A stretch of 62,420 nucleotides of DNA, the filler included. It is 6 parts of 6 records of this genome, joined end to end, with 100 filler letters (N's around TTAATTAATTAA, not from the genome) between each part and the next. Parts side by side here need not be neighbours in the genome. Positions count along the whole stretch, not along the records: positions 48,367 to 54,284 come from SRR31147125_30411; positions 54,385 to 62,420 come from SRR31147125_30432; 4 more parts are not named here. One strand, given 5' to 3'. The notes under the pieces are model-generated. The model worked only from the letters and a program-made list of their open reading frames with translations. It was not told where the DNA came from and ran no database searches. Positions within the stretch are counted from its first letter, which is position 1. Every line of letters begins with the position of its first letter. Positions 50,006 to 60,307 of this stretch are shown here, piece by piece. The position numbers and the translations under genes are program-made.

Positions 50006-50032
50006 AGCTGCTGCTCCTGCAAATAAGCTTTT

Positions 50033-50509
50033 TTATATTAAATTTGAAAAGTTCCTTAGCAGATTTGTTCCTTCAAGTCCAGCCGGAATGAAAGTTATCA
50101 CTCGGTTAAACTGTTCATCGGTGGCCAACTGAATGGTTAAATCAAATTGAATGAGATCCGGCAGGTCATCCAGAAGTTCCGGCCACTCCACGATCATTAC
50201 CCCTTGTGCGTCGATGATGTCGTCCAACCCAAGGTATTCCAACTCATCCAAAGAACCCAGGCGATAAAGATCCAAGTGGAAAAGGGGGCGTTTACCAGGG
50301 TATTCATTGATAATGTTGTAGGTCGGGCTGGTGACGTAATAGTGCTCCGGTACGCCCAATCCTTTGGCAACCCCTTGGGTGAATGTGGTTTTTCCGACAC
50401 CAAGGTCCCCCTTTAAGGCTATGGCGCAGCTGGTTTGGATACATAGGCCGAGTTTTCGGGCGATCTTTTGGGTCTGATCGCTGCTGTTGCTATCAATGAT
50501 AAGCGTCAT
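50033..50509 (-). CDS. tsaE: tRNA threonylcarbamoyladenosine biosynthesis ATPase
   Basis: GDLGVGKT, VTSPTYNI, HLDLYRL, VEW. Confidence 0.96.
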   Translation of the reverse strand: MTLIIDSNSSDQTQKIARKLGLCIQTSCAIALKGDLGVGKTTFTQGVAKGLGVPEHYYVTSPTYNIINEYPGKRPLFHLDLYRLGSLDELEYLGLDDIIDAQGVMIVEWPELLDDLPDLIQFDLTIQLATDEQFNRVITFIPAGLEGTNLLRNFSNLI

Positions 50510-52343
50510 GATTTTTCAACTTGTCGAATACGGGTATGAATGGTTTCGGGAATAATATCAATGATATTTGTGGCGGTAAACCCAAACGCGCCCCGGTTTT
50601 TCGATAGAATGTCGCCGCAAAGTCCATGGATATAGACACCGGCCAGGGTCGCATCTGCTGCGGAAAGGCCCTGGGCTGCAAATCCTGAAATGATTCCGGT
50701 GAGCACATCTCCCATGCCGCCTGATGCCATTCCGGGGTTGCCGGTAGGACAGATATAGGTATTTCCGTCTGGAAGGGCGACAATGGTTCCGGCACCTTTG
50801 AGCACAACAATAACTTGATATTGCTTTGCAAACCGTCGAGCGGTTTCCATCCTGTTTGATTGCACTTCTTTTGGTGTCTTGCCGATCAATCGTGCCATCT
50901 CTCCGGGATGCGGCGTGAGGATAGTGGGCGCTGTACGGGTTTTAAGATCAATGAGTGCATTGGCAAAATTGCCCGAATTGTCAATTGAATTTGTTTGGGG
51001 GCATGACCGATGTCAGCCTCTTGATCATCTTTACCACCACTACTACTACTATTATTATCTATCTGTTCGTTTCCACTTCCACTGTCCTTGGCGAGGCTTA
51101 CATCCGTTGCATACGGCGTTAACGCATTAATGCCGTCAGCGTCAAGGATCATGGGAATCTCCGAGAGGGTTCTGTCTGTGATCATCGCCCGGACAAGCGA
51201 GACCGTCTCCGGAGCCAATCCCAGGCCCGGACCGACGGCTAAAGCCTTTTTATCTTCGGCAGCAACGACGATGGCCTTCAATGCGTCCTGATCGAAACAC
51301 CCTTTGGGGGCGGATTCAGAACTCTTTTCAGGAATCGGAAGTGTCATACTTTCGGTGACTTGAGGCTCCACGGCCGGGTTGATGCTCGCAGGAACGGCAA
51401 GAGTAAGAAGCCCTGTTCCACATGCCATGGCACTGTTGCAAGCCAAGGCTGCAGCTCCGGTTTTTCCTGCAGATCCTGCAATAACCAGTAAATGTCCGAA
51501 GTTTCCTTTATGGGATTCAACCGGTCTATCCGGAAATAGTGAGGCGATCATCTCACGTTGGATCAGGTGGACCGTTGGTGTTTGTTTTTCAGTAATGAAT
51601 CCGGGAATCCCAATGTCGATGATTTCAAGTTTTCCTGAAAGCGTTTTTCCCGGTTGGAGCATGTGCCCCACTTTGGCAAAAGCAAATGTAGCGGTTGCCG
51701 CTGCTTGAATGCAAGTGCCCATTGCCTTTCCTGTGTCGGCGTTGAGTCCTGACGGGATGTCGATGCTGAAAATCGGTTTCTCAGTGGCATTGACCATATC
51801 GATCACATCTTTATAGATCCCCCGAACATCGCTGTTAAGGCCGGTACCCAGAATACCGTCAATGAAAAGATCATGGTGGACCAAACGGGGTTTTATGTTG
51901 TAGAACGTGTCTAAATCCGCGACCTCGATGAGCAGGGCTTTCTCTTTTCCCGGATAGCATTTGAGTGAGACGATGTTATCCGATCGTTTACATTCACCGG
52001 AGTTGCTCTGTTTTAGGTCATTTCTCTTCTGAATCAGTTTTTCAAGTAATGTCAGGTTTACTTTTGCATCTCCGGAAATCCTCTGTTTATCGGTAAAGAT
52101 AAAGGTGGTCGTCTCAATTCCTCTTTCGAGCAGATAACGGGCCATCACAAATCCGTCGCCGCCGTTGTTCCCTCGACCGGCCAGTACCGCCACTTTGGAA
52201 GATGATAAATCGGGAAAGTGGTTGATCAGCATATCAATGGCGCCCCGTCCTGCATTTTCCATCAACACCGGGCCGGGTATGCCAAAGGATTCGATGGCGG
52301 TTTTATCAATGGTTTGCATCTCTTTTGCGGTAACAAGATACAT
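50506..52343 (-). CDS. nnr: Bifunctional NAD(P)H-hydrate epimerase/dehydratase, apparent frameshift near 51000
   Basis: LMENAG, GNNGGDG, DIPSG, HKGNFG, DADG in one frame; TPHPGEMARL, VLKGA, GGMGDVLTG in the next. Confidence 0.93.
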
Positions 52344-52372
52344 GATATTCTCATTCCTTAATTATTGAAACG

Positions 52373-54284
52373 TTATTGGAGGCAGATCCCACACCGATTG
52401 CACTGTTCCAAAGGGCAATCTTGAGTAACTTTCTCATTTTTTGCCCGTTGAAATTCATTGATCAAAAAAGATTTTTTTATGCCGGTGTCCAGAATGTCCC
52501 ACGGAAGGGGAGCGTGGGGATTCATGGGGTGGTAGATAGGAGGAAGGTTGGAGGAATAGGTCGGATCTTTCAGCGTTTGAGGCCATCCGACATCGGCCGC
52601 ACTTTCCAGGACATCAGCCATGCACCGATCCCCTCTGGCCAGCAAGGCATTGATCTGCGCAACTTTTGGGGATTCACTGTTGACCACCACATTGCCTTCT
52701 TTTTTGAGACCCTCCCGGATACGTTTTACCTTCTTTTTGTACGCAGCGGGTTTATCCATGGCCGCCCATTGAAACGGTGTTGCCGGTTTAGGAACAAAAG
52801 GGTTGATACTTAACGTGATGGTACCGATTTTCTTATTTTTTCTGCTTTCTTCAAGAAACTGCTCTTTGATTTTCAACGTCAGTGTGACAATGGCGTCAAC
52901 ATCTTCATCGGTTTCAAAAGGAAGTCCGGTCATAAAATAGAGCTTGATGTTGAGAATGCCGTGCGCCACGATTCGTTTTACCGCTGAGAGAATTTGATCT
53001 TCGGTAATCTTTTTGTTGATGATTCGGCGCATTCGTTCAGATCCGGCTTCGGGGGCAATGGTAGTGGTCTTGACGGAAGCCTTGACAAGGGTATTGATCG
53101 TCTCGTCCGTAAGATTGTCCAAACGAAGGGAGCTGAATGAAATTTTTTGATCGTTTGCAATACCGGCCAGACAAATCGCGTTGATTTGAGGGTGATCGGA
53201 GACGGCAGGGCTGACCAGCCCGATCTTATCGGTATCCCCCAGAGCCTTATCCATGGCTTTTATCACCACATGATCCGGATAGAATCGGGCCGGTCGGTAG
53301 ATGAAACCGGCACTGCAGAAGCGGCATCCATGGGGGCATCCCCGGCCGGTTTCAATCAGAAAGGTATTGTCGAATACGGTGTCGGGTGTGAGGATGCGAG
53401 TGGTGGTGACAATCTTTCCAAGATCGGAGACGCGCTGAACCTCGATGGTTTTAGGAATATCCGGATAAATAGGGGACAAAGGACCCGGGTATTCGGATTC
53501 ATTTTCTTTGGAACCGTTGGACTTGGAGTGAATTGGAAAGGCATAAAATGAAGGGATATAGACCCCTTTCATTGTTGTCGCAAATGATCTCAATAGAGAC
53601 TGTTTATCAATAAAACGCCCCTGGTTTCGGGCAAGCTCTTGACCATCCGAATAGATTTCGATGAAACGGGAAATGAGATGTTCCACTTCACCGATTAAAA
53701 AGCAATCAATGAACGGTGCCACCGGCTCAGGATTAAGAAAAGCGGCCACTCCACCGGCAATGATCAGGGGGTGGGTGTCATTTCTATCTGCAGCTCTTGG
53801 GGGAAGCGGGGCGGATTTGAGGATGGAGAGTAGGTTGATATAATCGTTCTCAAAGGAGATGGAGAAAGCAATAATATCATAATGGGAGAGAGGCATGCCG
53901 GTTTCGACACTTCTCGGAAGCGTCTCGCCTGATGGAGATGAGCCGATGAGACGTGATTTTCGAGGTGATCCTGAGGCTTCTATGGGGGTTGGTTGGGGGC
54001 GGTGTTTGTTGTACCCATGGGTCCGTTTGGGGGGATGGGAGGAATGAGCAAATTTTCCCCGACGCTCCCTGCGTTGGGCAGGAAGAAAAAACGGTGACAG
54101 GCCACGTGGGCATGGACATTGAACAGCGCATAAACCGACTGAAAGCCCAAATTGGACATACCGGCTTGGTATGTGTTTGGATAGACAAGGGCAACAGTGA
54201 TCTTTCCTTGTCGCTTCGACGTAATTTCCCCTTGTTCCTTGTGTAGGGAAAAGTGGGAAGGCGTTTTACCCGATGATTTTTTTT
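52373..54284 (-). CDS. Radical SAM protein (B12-binding-domain-associated type), 5'-truncated, apparent frameshift in A6 at 54086-54091
   Basis: VALVYPNTYQAGMSNLGF N-terminus, RGCPHGCRFC CxxxCxxC, APEAGSERMR, LPWD, C-terminal CxxCGxC. Confidence 0.88.
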
Positions 54285-54384
54285 NNNNNNNNNNNNNNNN
54301 NNNNNNNNNNNNNNNNNNNNNNNNNNNNTTAATTAATTAANNNNNNNNNNNNNNNNNNNNNNNNNNNNNNNNNNNNNNNNNNNN
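54285..54384. other. Artificial contig linker
   Basis: N44-TTAATTAATTAA-N44. Confidence 0.99.
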
Positions 54385-55749
54385 ATTGTTCCGGAAGGAA
54401 AGTGGCTTACTGGTCCAATTGTGTTGCTAAGTGGAGTGAATCTTCATTTAGAGGAAGGAGCTGAGTTGTTGTTTAGTCAGGAATTTACAGATTATTTGCC
54501 TGCTGTTTTAACGAACTGGGAAGGTTCGGAAGTTTATTCTTATTGTCCTTTTATTTATGCATTTAAACAGGAGAATATTGCCATTACAGGAAGAGGAGTT
54601 CTTAATGGACAAGGTAAACCTTGGTGGTTGCAGCGGAATACAAAAGGATTTTGGGAAACTAATGCCTTGCTGAAAGAAATGAATGAAAATGAAGTGCCAC
54701 TTAACGAAAGGCGGTTTGGTAGTTTAGAACGTTTTTTACCTCCTGTGTTTTTTGGACCGTTATATTGTAAAAATGTTTTGCTTGAAGGTGTAACTTTTCG
54801 CTATGGTGCATTTTGGACGATCAATCCAAGTTTCTGTGAAAATTTGATTGTTAGAGGTTTGTATGTTCTAACAAACGGAGATTACGGTGATACTCCTAAT
54901 GGTGATGGAATAAACCCTAATTCGTGCAAAAATGTACTTATTGAGTATAATACTCTTGATACAGGAGATGATTGCATTACTATTAAGTCAGGCCGAAATA
55001 AAGATGGAAGAAGAATAGGCATGCCTTGTAAAAATATTCTTATTCGCCACAATAAAGGATTGCAGGGACATGGTGGAATTGTAATTGGAAGTGAAATGTC
55101 CGGAGGCGTAGAAAATTTATTTGCACATGATTGCAGGTTTAACGGAACCGATCGGGCGATACGAATTAAAACAGCAAGAGGTAGGGGTGGCTATGTGAAA
55201 AACTGCTGGTTTAAAAATATATCGGCAGATTCGATTCAAAAAGAGGCTATTCGCATTAATATGCTTTATACTGGTGGAGATCGACTTCCAAAGCAAGAAG
55301 TAAATAGTGGGACTCCGGTTATCGAAAACATTCATTATGAGAATATTTCCTGTGATTATTCAAATCGCAATGTCATTCAAATTATAGGTATACCTGAGAT
55401 GCCGATAAGAAATGTTTCATTAAAAAATATAAATCTTTCCGGAAATATTGGTGTTGAGCTTGTTGATACAGAGAATATCACCCTCGAAAATTTAGCGATT
55501 GCTAACAAGACTGGTTCTTTCGCAAAAATATCATTTAGTGATAACGTAAAAATGAATGGAATAAAAGTTATAGAAACAGATGATGGTAAAGTGCCTTTTG
55601 CTTTTAAAGATGTAACAAATCTTACTCTTCAAAATGTAGAATGTGAGCAAGACGGTGATTTAGTAAAGATTTCAGGGAATTCGAAAGGTATCGATATTGA
55701 TGATAGTATTCCTTGCGAGAGGATTATTAAGCAAAAAGTTGACGATTAA
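54385..55749 (+). CDS. Glycoside hydrolase GH28 polygalacturonase (5'-truncated)
   Basis: PNGDG, GDDCITIKSG, GHGGIVIGSE, RIKT motifs. Confidence 0.94.
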   Translation: MVPEGKWLTGPIVLLSGVNLHLEEGAELLFSQEFTDYLPAVLTNWEGSEVYSYCPFIYAFKQENIAITGRGVLNGQGKPWWLQRNTKGFWETNALLKEMNENEVPLNERRFGSLERFLPPVFFGPLYCKNVLLEGVTFRYGAFWTINPSFCENLIVRGLYVLTNGDYGDTPNGDGINPNSCKNVLIEYNTLDTGDDCITIKSGRNKDGRRIGMPCKNILIRHNKGLQGHGGIVIGSEMSGGVENLFAHDCRFNGTDRAIRIKTARGRGGYVKNCWFKNISADSIQKEAIRINMLYTGGDRLPKQEVNSGTPVIENIHYENISCDYSNRNVIQIIGIPEMPIRNVSLKNINLSGNIGVELVDTENITLENLAIANKTGSFAKISFSDNVKMNGIKVIETDDGKVPFAFKDVTNLTLQNVECEQDGDLVKISGNSKGIDIDDSIPCERIIKQKVDD

Positions 55750-55789
55750 TAGAATTGCAAATTAAATCATCCAAAACCTTACAAGAAAA

Positions 55790-55893
55790 GTCATCCTGAA
55801 CTTGATTTAGGATCTCCGTCAAACAAGGGAAACGCAGCTCAAAGGAGATTCATAAACACCTGTCTGATTTTCAGCTAGGTGTTTATGAATAAC
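55790..55893. repeat. Degenerate REP-like element with 14-bp perfect hairpin between convergent genes
   Basis: GTCATCCTGAACTTGATTTAGGATCTCC ... GGAGATTCATAAACACCT-n15-AGGTGTTTATGAAT. Confidence 0.6.
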
Positions 55894-55897
55894 TATT

Positions 55898-56769
55898 TTA
55901 GATAAAGTTTGTCTTCATCTTAATTACTTCAGCCTTGAAAAAATCTTCAAGCTGCTCAGAACCATGTTTTCTGGCAATATTATCATTAGCCATTGCCGTT
56001 AAAAAGAATTCGATAGGGCCGTAGGTTTTTAAAGAGGTAAACGTCCTTAGTAAGGAGATAGTGAGCTTGCGTATCCAGTCTGGCAAGTGAATTATTTTTA
56101 CCGATTTACCCCATGTATTTAAAGCCAGTTCTGCTATTTCATTCTGACTAAAAACTTCATGTCCGCCAACTGTTTCTTCTTTAATTCTTTCTTCCATTTT
56201 ATCAACGCAGACTTTTGCCAGATCAGCACCATGAATCGGATTAATTTTGTATTCGCCATCTCCAAATAGATATACTTTTCCGACTTTGGCCATTTGCAGG
56301 AAATCTTTCATGTCAGAGAAAAATCCACTTGGTCGTAGCACACAATAATTGATGTTCGAGGCTTTAAGCTCATCGACAAATCGTTCTTTGGCTTCAAATA
56401 TCTTTAAATGTCTCAGTTTGTCTCCATTGATTGCTGAAATATATTGGAATGCTTCAACCTTGTTGTGTAGAGCTTCATTTAACAGATTTGAATTTCCCCG
56501 GTAGTCAACATCCATGTAGTTCATACCTTCTTTTTGACGCGTAATGCCGATCGAAGAAAAGACCCAGTCAATGTTTTTAGTAATTCCCTTTAACGTTTCA
56601 GGTTTAGTTACCTGGCCTACAAAAAAGTCATCAACCGATTCAAACAGTTCTTTTTGAGTTTCTTTACGAATGAGAATCCGAATCCAGTAGCCTCTTTTTT
56701 TAGCTCTTTTACAAGGTATTGTCCCAAATATCCAGTTGCTCCTGCAACTAAAACTTTCTTTGCTTTCAT
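55898..56769 (-). CDS. NAD(P)-binding SDR/NmrA-like oxidoreductase, apparent frameshift in T7 at 56695-56701
   Basis: VLVAGATGYLG Rossmann motif from ATG 56769; continues as SSIGITRQK..VDYRGN..LRPSGFF after one missing A. Confidence 0.85.
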
Positions 56770-56819
56770 CTTTTTTTTACAAAGTTAAAGGCTTACAGAC
56801 TGCTTACTCTTGACAATCG

Positions 56820-57401
56820 TCAAGAACGTTTTTTTTGGAATATGCGAGCTTTTATTCTGCTTAATGTTTCTGGTGATACGCCTAAATAGGAGGCGATATA
56901 TTGCTGCGGAACACGTTGGAATAATTCTCCCTGTGTATCTAGCAAATCTTTGTAACGTTCTTCAGCTGATTTTGTCACAAATGAAGCTATAAGCTTTTGG
57001 CAAGTAATTAATTCATTTTCGGTGGCAATTCTGGCAATTACTTCAAATTTCGGTATCTCTTGCAGTAGGATATTAATTTTCGACTTCGTGAAAACAAAGA
57101 TTTCTGTATCCTCAATGGCCTGGTAATTTTCAATAGCAGGAACATTAAACGTGTAGCTCTCTCCAGCACAAATAAATTGTCCTTCGGTATAAAAGAAAGC
57201 GGTTTTGTCAATGCCATCAGCATTATAATAGAGCCTTACACAACCTTTGGTTACAAAATAGATTTCATCAGATATTTTCCCTTCCTGAAATATGACTTCA
57301 TTTTTGTGGTAAAATTTCTTCTTAACAGCGGTTTTTAGTAATTCTATTTCCACCTCATTCAGGATGGCATACGATTTAATTTGTTCCAGTAAGCTTTCCA
57401 T
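56820..57401 (-). CDS. Crp/Fnr-family regulator
   Basis: cNMP-binding domain; SAEERY..RVPQQYIASYLGVSPETLSRI HTH. Confidence 0.93.
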   Translation of the reverse strand: MESLLEQIKSYAILNEVEIELLKTAVKKKFYHKNEVIFQEGKISDEIYFVTKGCVRLYYNADGIDKTAFFYTEGQFICAGESYTFNVPAIENYQAIEDTEIFVFTKSKINILLQEIPKFEVIARIATENELITCQKLIASFVTKSAEERYKDLLDTQGELFQRVPQQYIASYLGVSPETLSRIKARIFQKKRS

Positions 57402-57462
57402 GTATCTTTAATTCATTCCTGACTAAATTAATACATTTAGCTTTCCAATTCGAATAAAAAAG

Positions 57463-58500
57463 CTATGAGCTTTTTCTCCTTTTTAGAATTTTTAAAATCT
57501 TCTTGTTTATGATTTCTGACAGGTTCCACAAATATAGCTTAGGGTCGGTTGTGCTGTAGAATTGTACAACAACTGCATCAATGTCTTTGTAGTACTTTGC
57601 AAAACTTTGATAGCCAGGAACCCATCCTCCATGTTCATACTCGTAAATAGATGAATATATATCCCGTTCTCCCTGTTTAAAAATTGATCCGTCGTTCAAT
57701 GCCCTTAGAAAAATTCCTACGTCTTCAGCTGTTGCCAACATTCCATGTTCATCTTCTTTTAAATCATGGGGATGCCCAATATGATAGCCGCTCATTACAT
57801 CGTTTAAATTTACCTCACTATGCGAGCTGAACGTATTGTTTAGATTTAATGGTGTTAGAATTTCTTCCTGAATGAACTGAAAGTTGTTATAGCCTAGTGT
57901 GTTATCCATAATCTTGTTCAACAATAGGTAGTTTGTGTTACAATATTCATAGTCCTCGCCAGGTTCAAAATTGGCTGGCAAGTCCAGAATCAATGCCAGA
58001 CTTTCTTCATAAGAGCCTGTTGGTGAAGCCCAAAAGTTGGGAGCATTTGTAAAGTTGGGAATTCCACTTCTATGCTGTACCATCATTTTTAAGGTAATTT
58101 TCTCAGCATTTTCAATTCTTCCAACAAGTTTGGGTAAATAATCGGAGATGGTTTTATCCAAAGATAGACGGCCCTCACTGACCAGCTTTGTGACAGCCAC
58201 CGCATCATATAGTTTGCTAATGCTGGCAAGTTTAAACAGGGCGTGAGGTTTGGCTGGTATTTTTGATTCCCTATTATGCCAACCTGCAGCATAGTGCTGA
58301 GATGGTTTCCCTGATTGGTCTATATAGACAATCACTCCTTCAAAGCCTTCATCAATAGCTTTGTCTAGCTGTTCCTGAACCGTATTTGGAAGTGGGGTTA
58401 ATATGGTCTTTAATAAAGTCCATGGGACAAAATACAGTGAGATGATGGTTCCAAGCAGCAATGCAATTCTGATAATTAATTTCGTCTTTTTCTTGCTCAT
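57463..58500 (-). CDS. Serine hydrolase, beta-lactamase-like
   Basis: SISK (SxxK), HRSGI, YCN (YxN), HGG; N-terminal TM. Confidence 0.9.
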   Translation of the reverse strand: MSKKKTKLIIRIALLLGTIISLYFVPWTLLKTILTPLPNTVQEQLDKAIDEGFEGVIVYIDQSGKPSQHYAAGWHNRESKIPAKPHALFKLASISKLYDAVAVTKLVSEGRLSLDKTISDYLPKLVGRIENAEKITLKMMVQHRSGIPNFTNAPNFWASPTGSYEESLALILDLPANFEPGEDYEYCNTNYLLLNKIMDNTLGYNNFQFIQEEILTPLNLNNTFSSHSEVNLNDVMSGYHIGHPHDLKEDEHGMLATAEDVGIFLRALNDGSIFKQGERDIYSSIYEYEHGGWVPGYQSFAKYYKDIDAVVVQFYSTTDPKLYLWNLSEIINKKILKILKRRKSS

Positions 58501-58785
58501 ACTATTTATTTTACAGATAGTGCAATCAGGTTCTTCTCTGTATTAACCAATTTGGCAATCAGTTGTTTAGGAATTCTCCTGTTTCCTTTGAATTTAACTT
58601 GATTAAGTAAATGAGAATAATTCGTTATTGCTTCAAATATAGCATAATTGGATTGGAGTGAGTAGTCCCTGACCTGAAGTAGTTGAAAAAGATTGGTATG
58701 GGGATATCTATAGCTTTTCCTAACAAAAAAATACCCTGAGTAAAAACCCAAGGTATTTCTATATAGTTGTGGCGATTGAGTAATT

Positions 58786-59967
58786 TTACCTGTCAAGTTC
58801 AATAGCTGCCAAAATAAATGGACCAACACCTTTGGTGTCGTTTTTTACAATCTTCTCGGTTACGTAGTATTCGTATGATCCATCTCGATACGGATTACCA
58901 CCAAGACCGCAACTTCCACAAATATTTATCATACTAATTAATCCGTCTTCATCGGTAATGATGAAAGTTTTAATCATATCATTAAACGCAGAATTGGCTA
59001 ATTCAAAATATGATTTGTCCAAGTAGCCCTTTTTAGCTCCCTTGGCCATCGCGTAAATATACATGGCAGTTCCAGATCCTTCTGTGTAGTTACGTTCTTT
59101 TCCGGCCATGTCCAAAACCTGATACCAAACACCTGTTTTCTCATCTCTTACCTGAATTAGTGCATCCACTGTTTTTTTCAGAATCTCAATCATCTCTCCG
59201 CGTTTAGGATGATCTGTAGGCAGGTAGTCGAGCACATCAACAATAGCCATTACATACCATCCCATTGCCCTGCTCCAGAAATGTGGTGACTGTCCGGTTT
59301 CTGGATTGCTCCAGCGTTGTTCACAGCTTTCATCCCATGCATGGTATAACAAACCTGTTTTTGTGTCGACAGTTTTTTCATAAGCCAGGATAAATTCGTG
59401 AGTTACTTTGTCAAACCATTTTGGCTCGTTGTATTCTTTTGCATATTGTGCCAGAAAGGGAGAACCCATGTAAAGCCCGTCGAGCCACATTTGCCAGGGG
59501 TATCGCTTTTTATGCCAATATCCTCCGGTATTTGTTTTTGGATGTTTTTCCATTTGTTCAACAAACTGTGGAATCGCTTTTTTGTACTTTTCTTCGCCTG
59601 TATCATTAGCCAAAGTTAGCAGACAAGTTGCAGGACGAATTAAATCGATATTATATTTCTCCATATTGTACCGTTCAATATGACCGCTTTCATCAACCAG
59701 CATGTCCATAAATGTTCTCAGGTAGTCTTTATATTTTGGGTCTGTGTCACCCAGTTTATAAATTGCTGCTCCAAGCAACGAAACATCGTAAGACCATCCG
59801 GCTCTTGTTCTTCCATTATAAAAAGCCAGTGAATCGTATCGATGCATTACTGCATCGGCCATTTTGATACTCCATTTTTCTTTTTCTACTTTTTTTTGAG
59901 GGGAAGAACAAGAGAAGTTTAAGACCAGAAACAGCCCTGTAATTGCAAATAGAATCGTTTGTTTCAT
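58786..59967 (-). CDS. GH105 (GH88/105) unsaturated rhamnogalacturonyl hydrolase, lipoprotein
   Basis: YNID, GGYWHK..QMWLDGLYM, LYHAWDE, WSRAMGW, RDGSYEYY. Confidence 0.93.
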   Translation of the reverse strand: MKQTILFAITGLFLVLNFSCSSPQKKVEKEKWSIKMADAVMHRYDSLAFYNGRTRAGWSYDVSLLGAAIYKLGDTDPKYKDYLRTFMDMLVDESGHIERYNMEKYNIDLIRPATCLLTLANDTGEEKYKKAIPQFVEQMEKHPKTNTGGYWHKKRYPWQMWLDGLYMGSPFLAQYAKEYNEPKWFDKVTHEFILAYEKTVDTKTGLLYHAWDESCEQRWSNPETGQSPHFWSRAMGWYVMAIVDVLDYLPTDHPKRGEMIEILKKTVDALIQVRDEKTGVWYQVLDMAGKERNYTEGSGTAMYIYAMAKGAKKGYLDKSYFELANSAFNDMIKTFIITDEDGLISMINICGSCGLGGNPYRDGSYEYYVTEKIVKNDTKGVGPFILAAIELDR

Positions 59968-60040
59968 TGAGTTTTATTAATAGTTAGATATAATATTTTG
60001 CTATTTCAATTAAATTCCAAAAGTAAAAAGATTTTCATGA

Positions 60041-60056
60041 ATGTAAACGTTATCAC
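60041..60056. promoter_or_regulatory. LacI-type operator 1
   Basis: ATGTAAACGTTATCAC, near-palindrome with central CG. Confidence 0.65.
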
Positions 60057-60236
60057 TAAAGTTTTGTGTAACTAGCTTTAATATAAATGAACTTAATTTT
60101 AGAAAATTAGAATTTGAATAGACGCTTTTGCAGAACGTGTTTGCAAGTTAGATTATTATTGTGCGTAATGCTCGATTATTTGTTTTGTAAAGTTTTAGTT
60201 ATTTATAAAAATGTATCAAAAAATAATTATTTCTCA

Positions 60237-60252
60237 ATGAAAACGTTTACAT
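60237..60252. promoter_or_regulatory. LacI-type operator 2
   Basis: ATGAAAACGTTTACAT, near-palindrome with central CG. Confidence 0.7.
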
Positions 60253-60307
60253 TGCGGTAGGTTTTGTAATATTGTAATTTTAATAAATACTTTAAATAGA
60301 TGTTCGT

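Noticed and set aside
18233-54384. Five identical TTAATTAATTAA motifs flanked by N-runs
   Set aside because: Artificial 100-bp contig joiners with six-frame stops; composition and taxonomic signal change across them, so they are not biological repeats
58506-58829. 107-aa minus-strand ORF between GH105 and the serine hydrolase
   Set aside because: It has a non-ATG start inside GH105, crosses a terminator-like hairpin near 58729-58759 and shows no recognisable features
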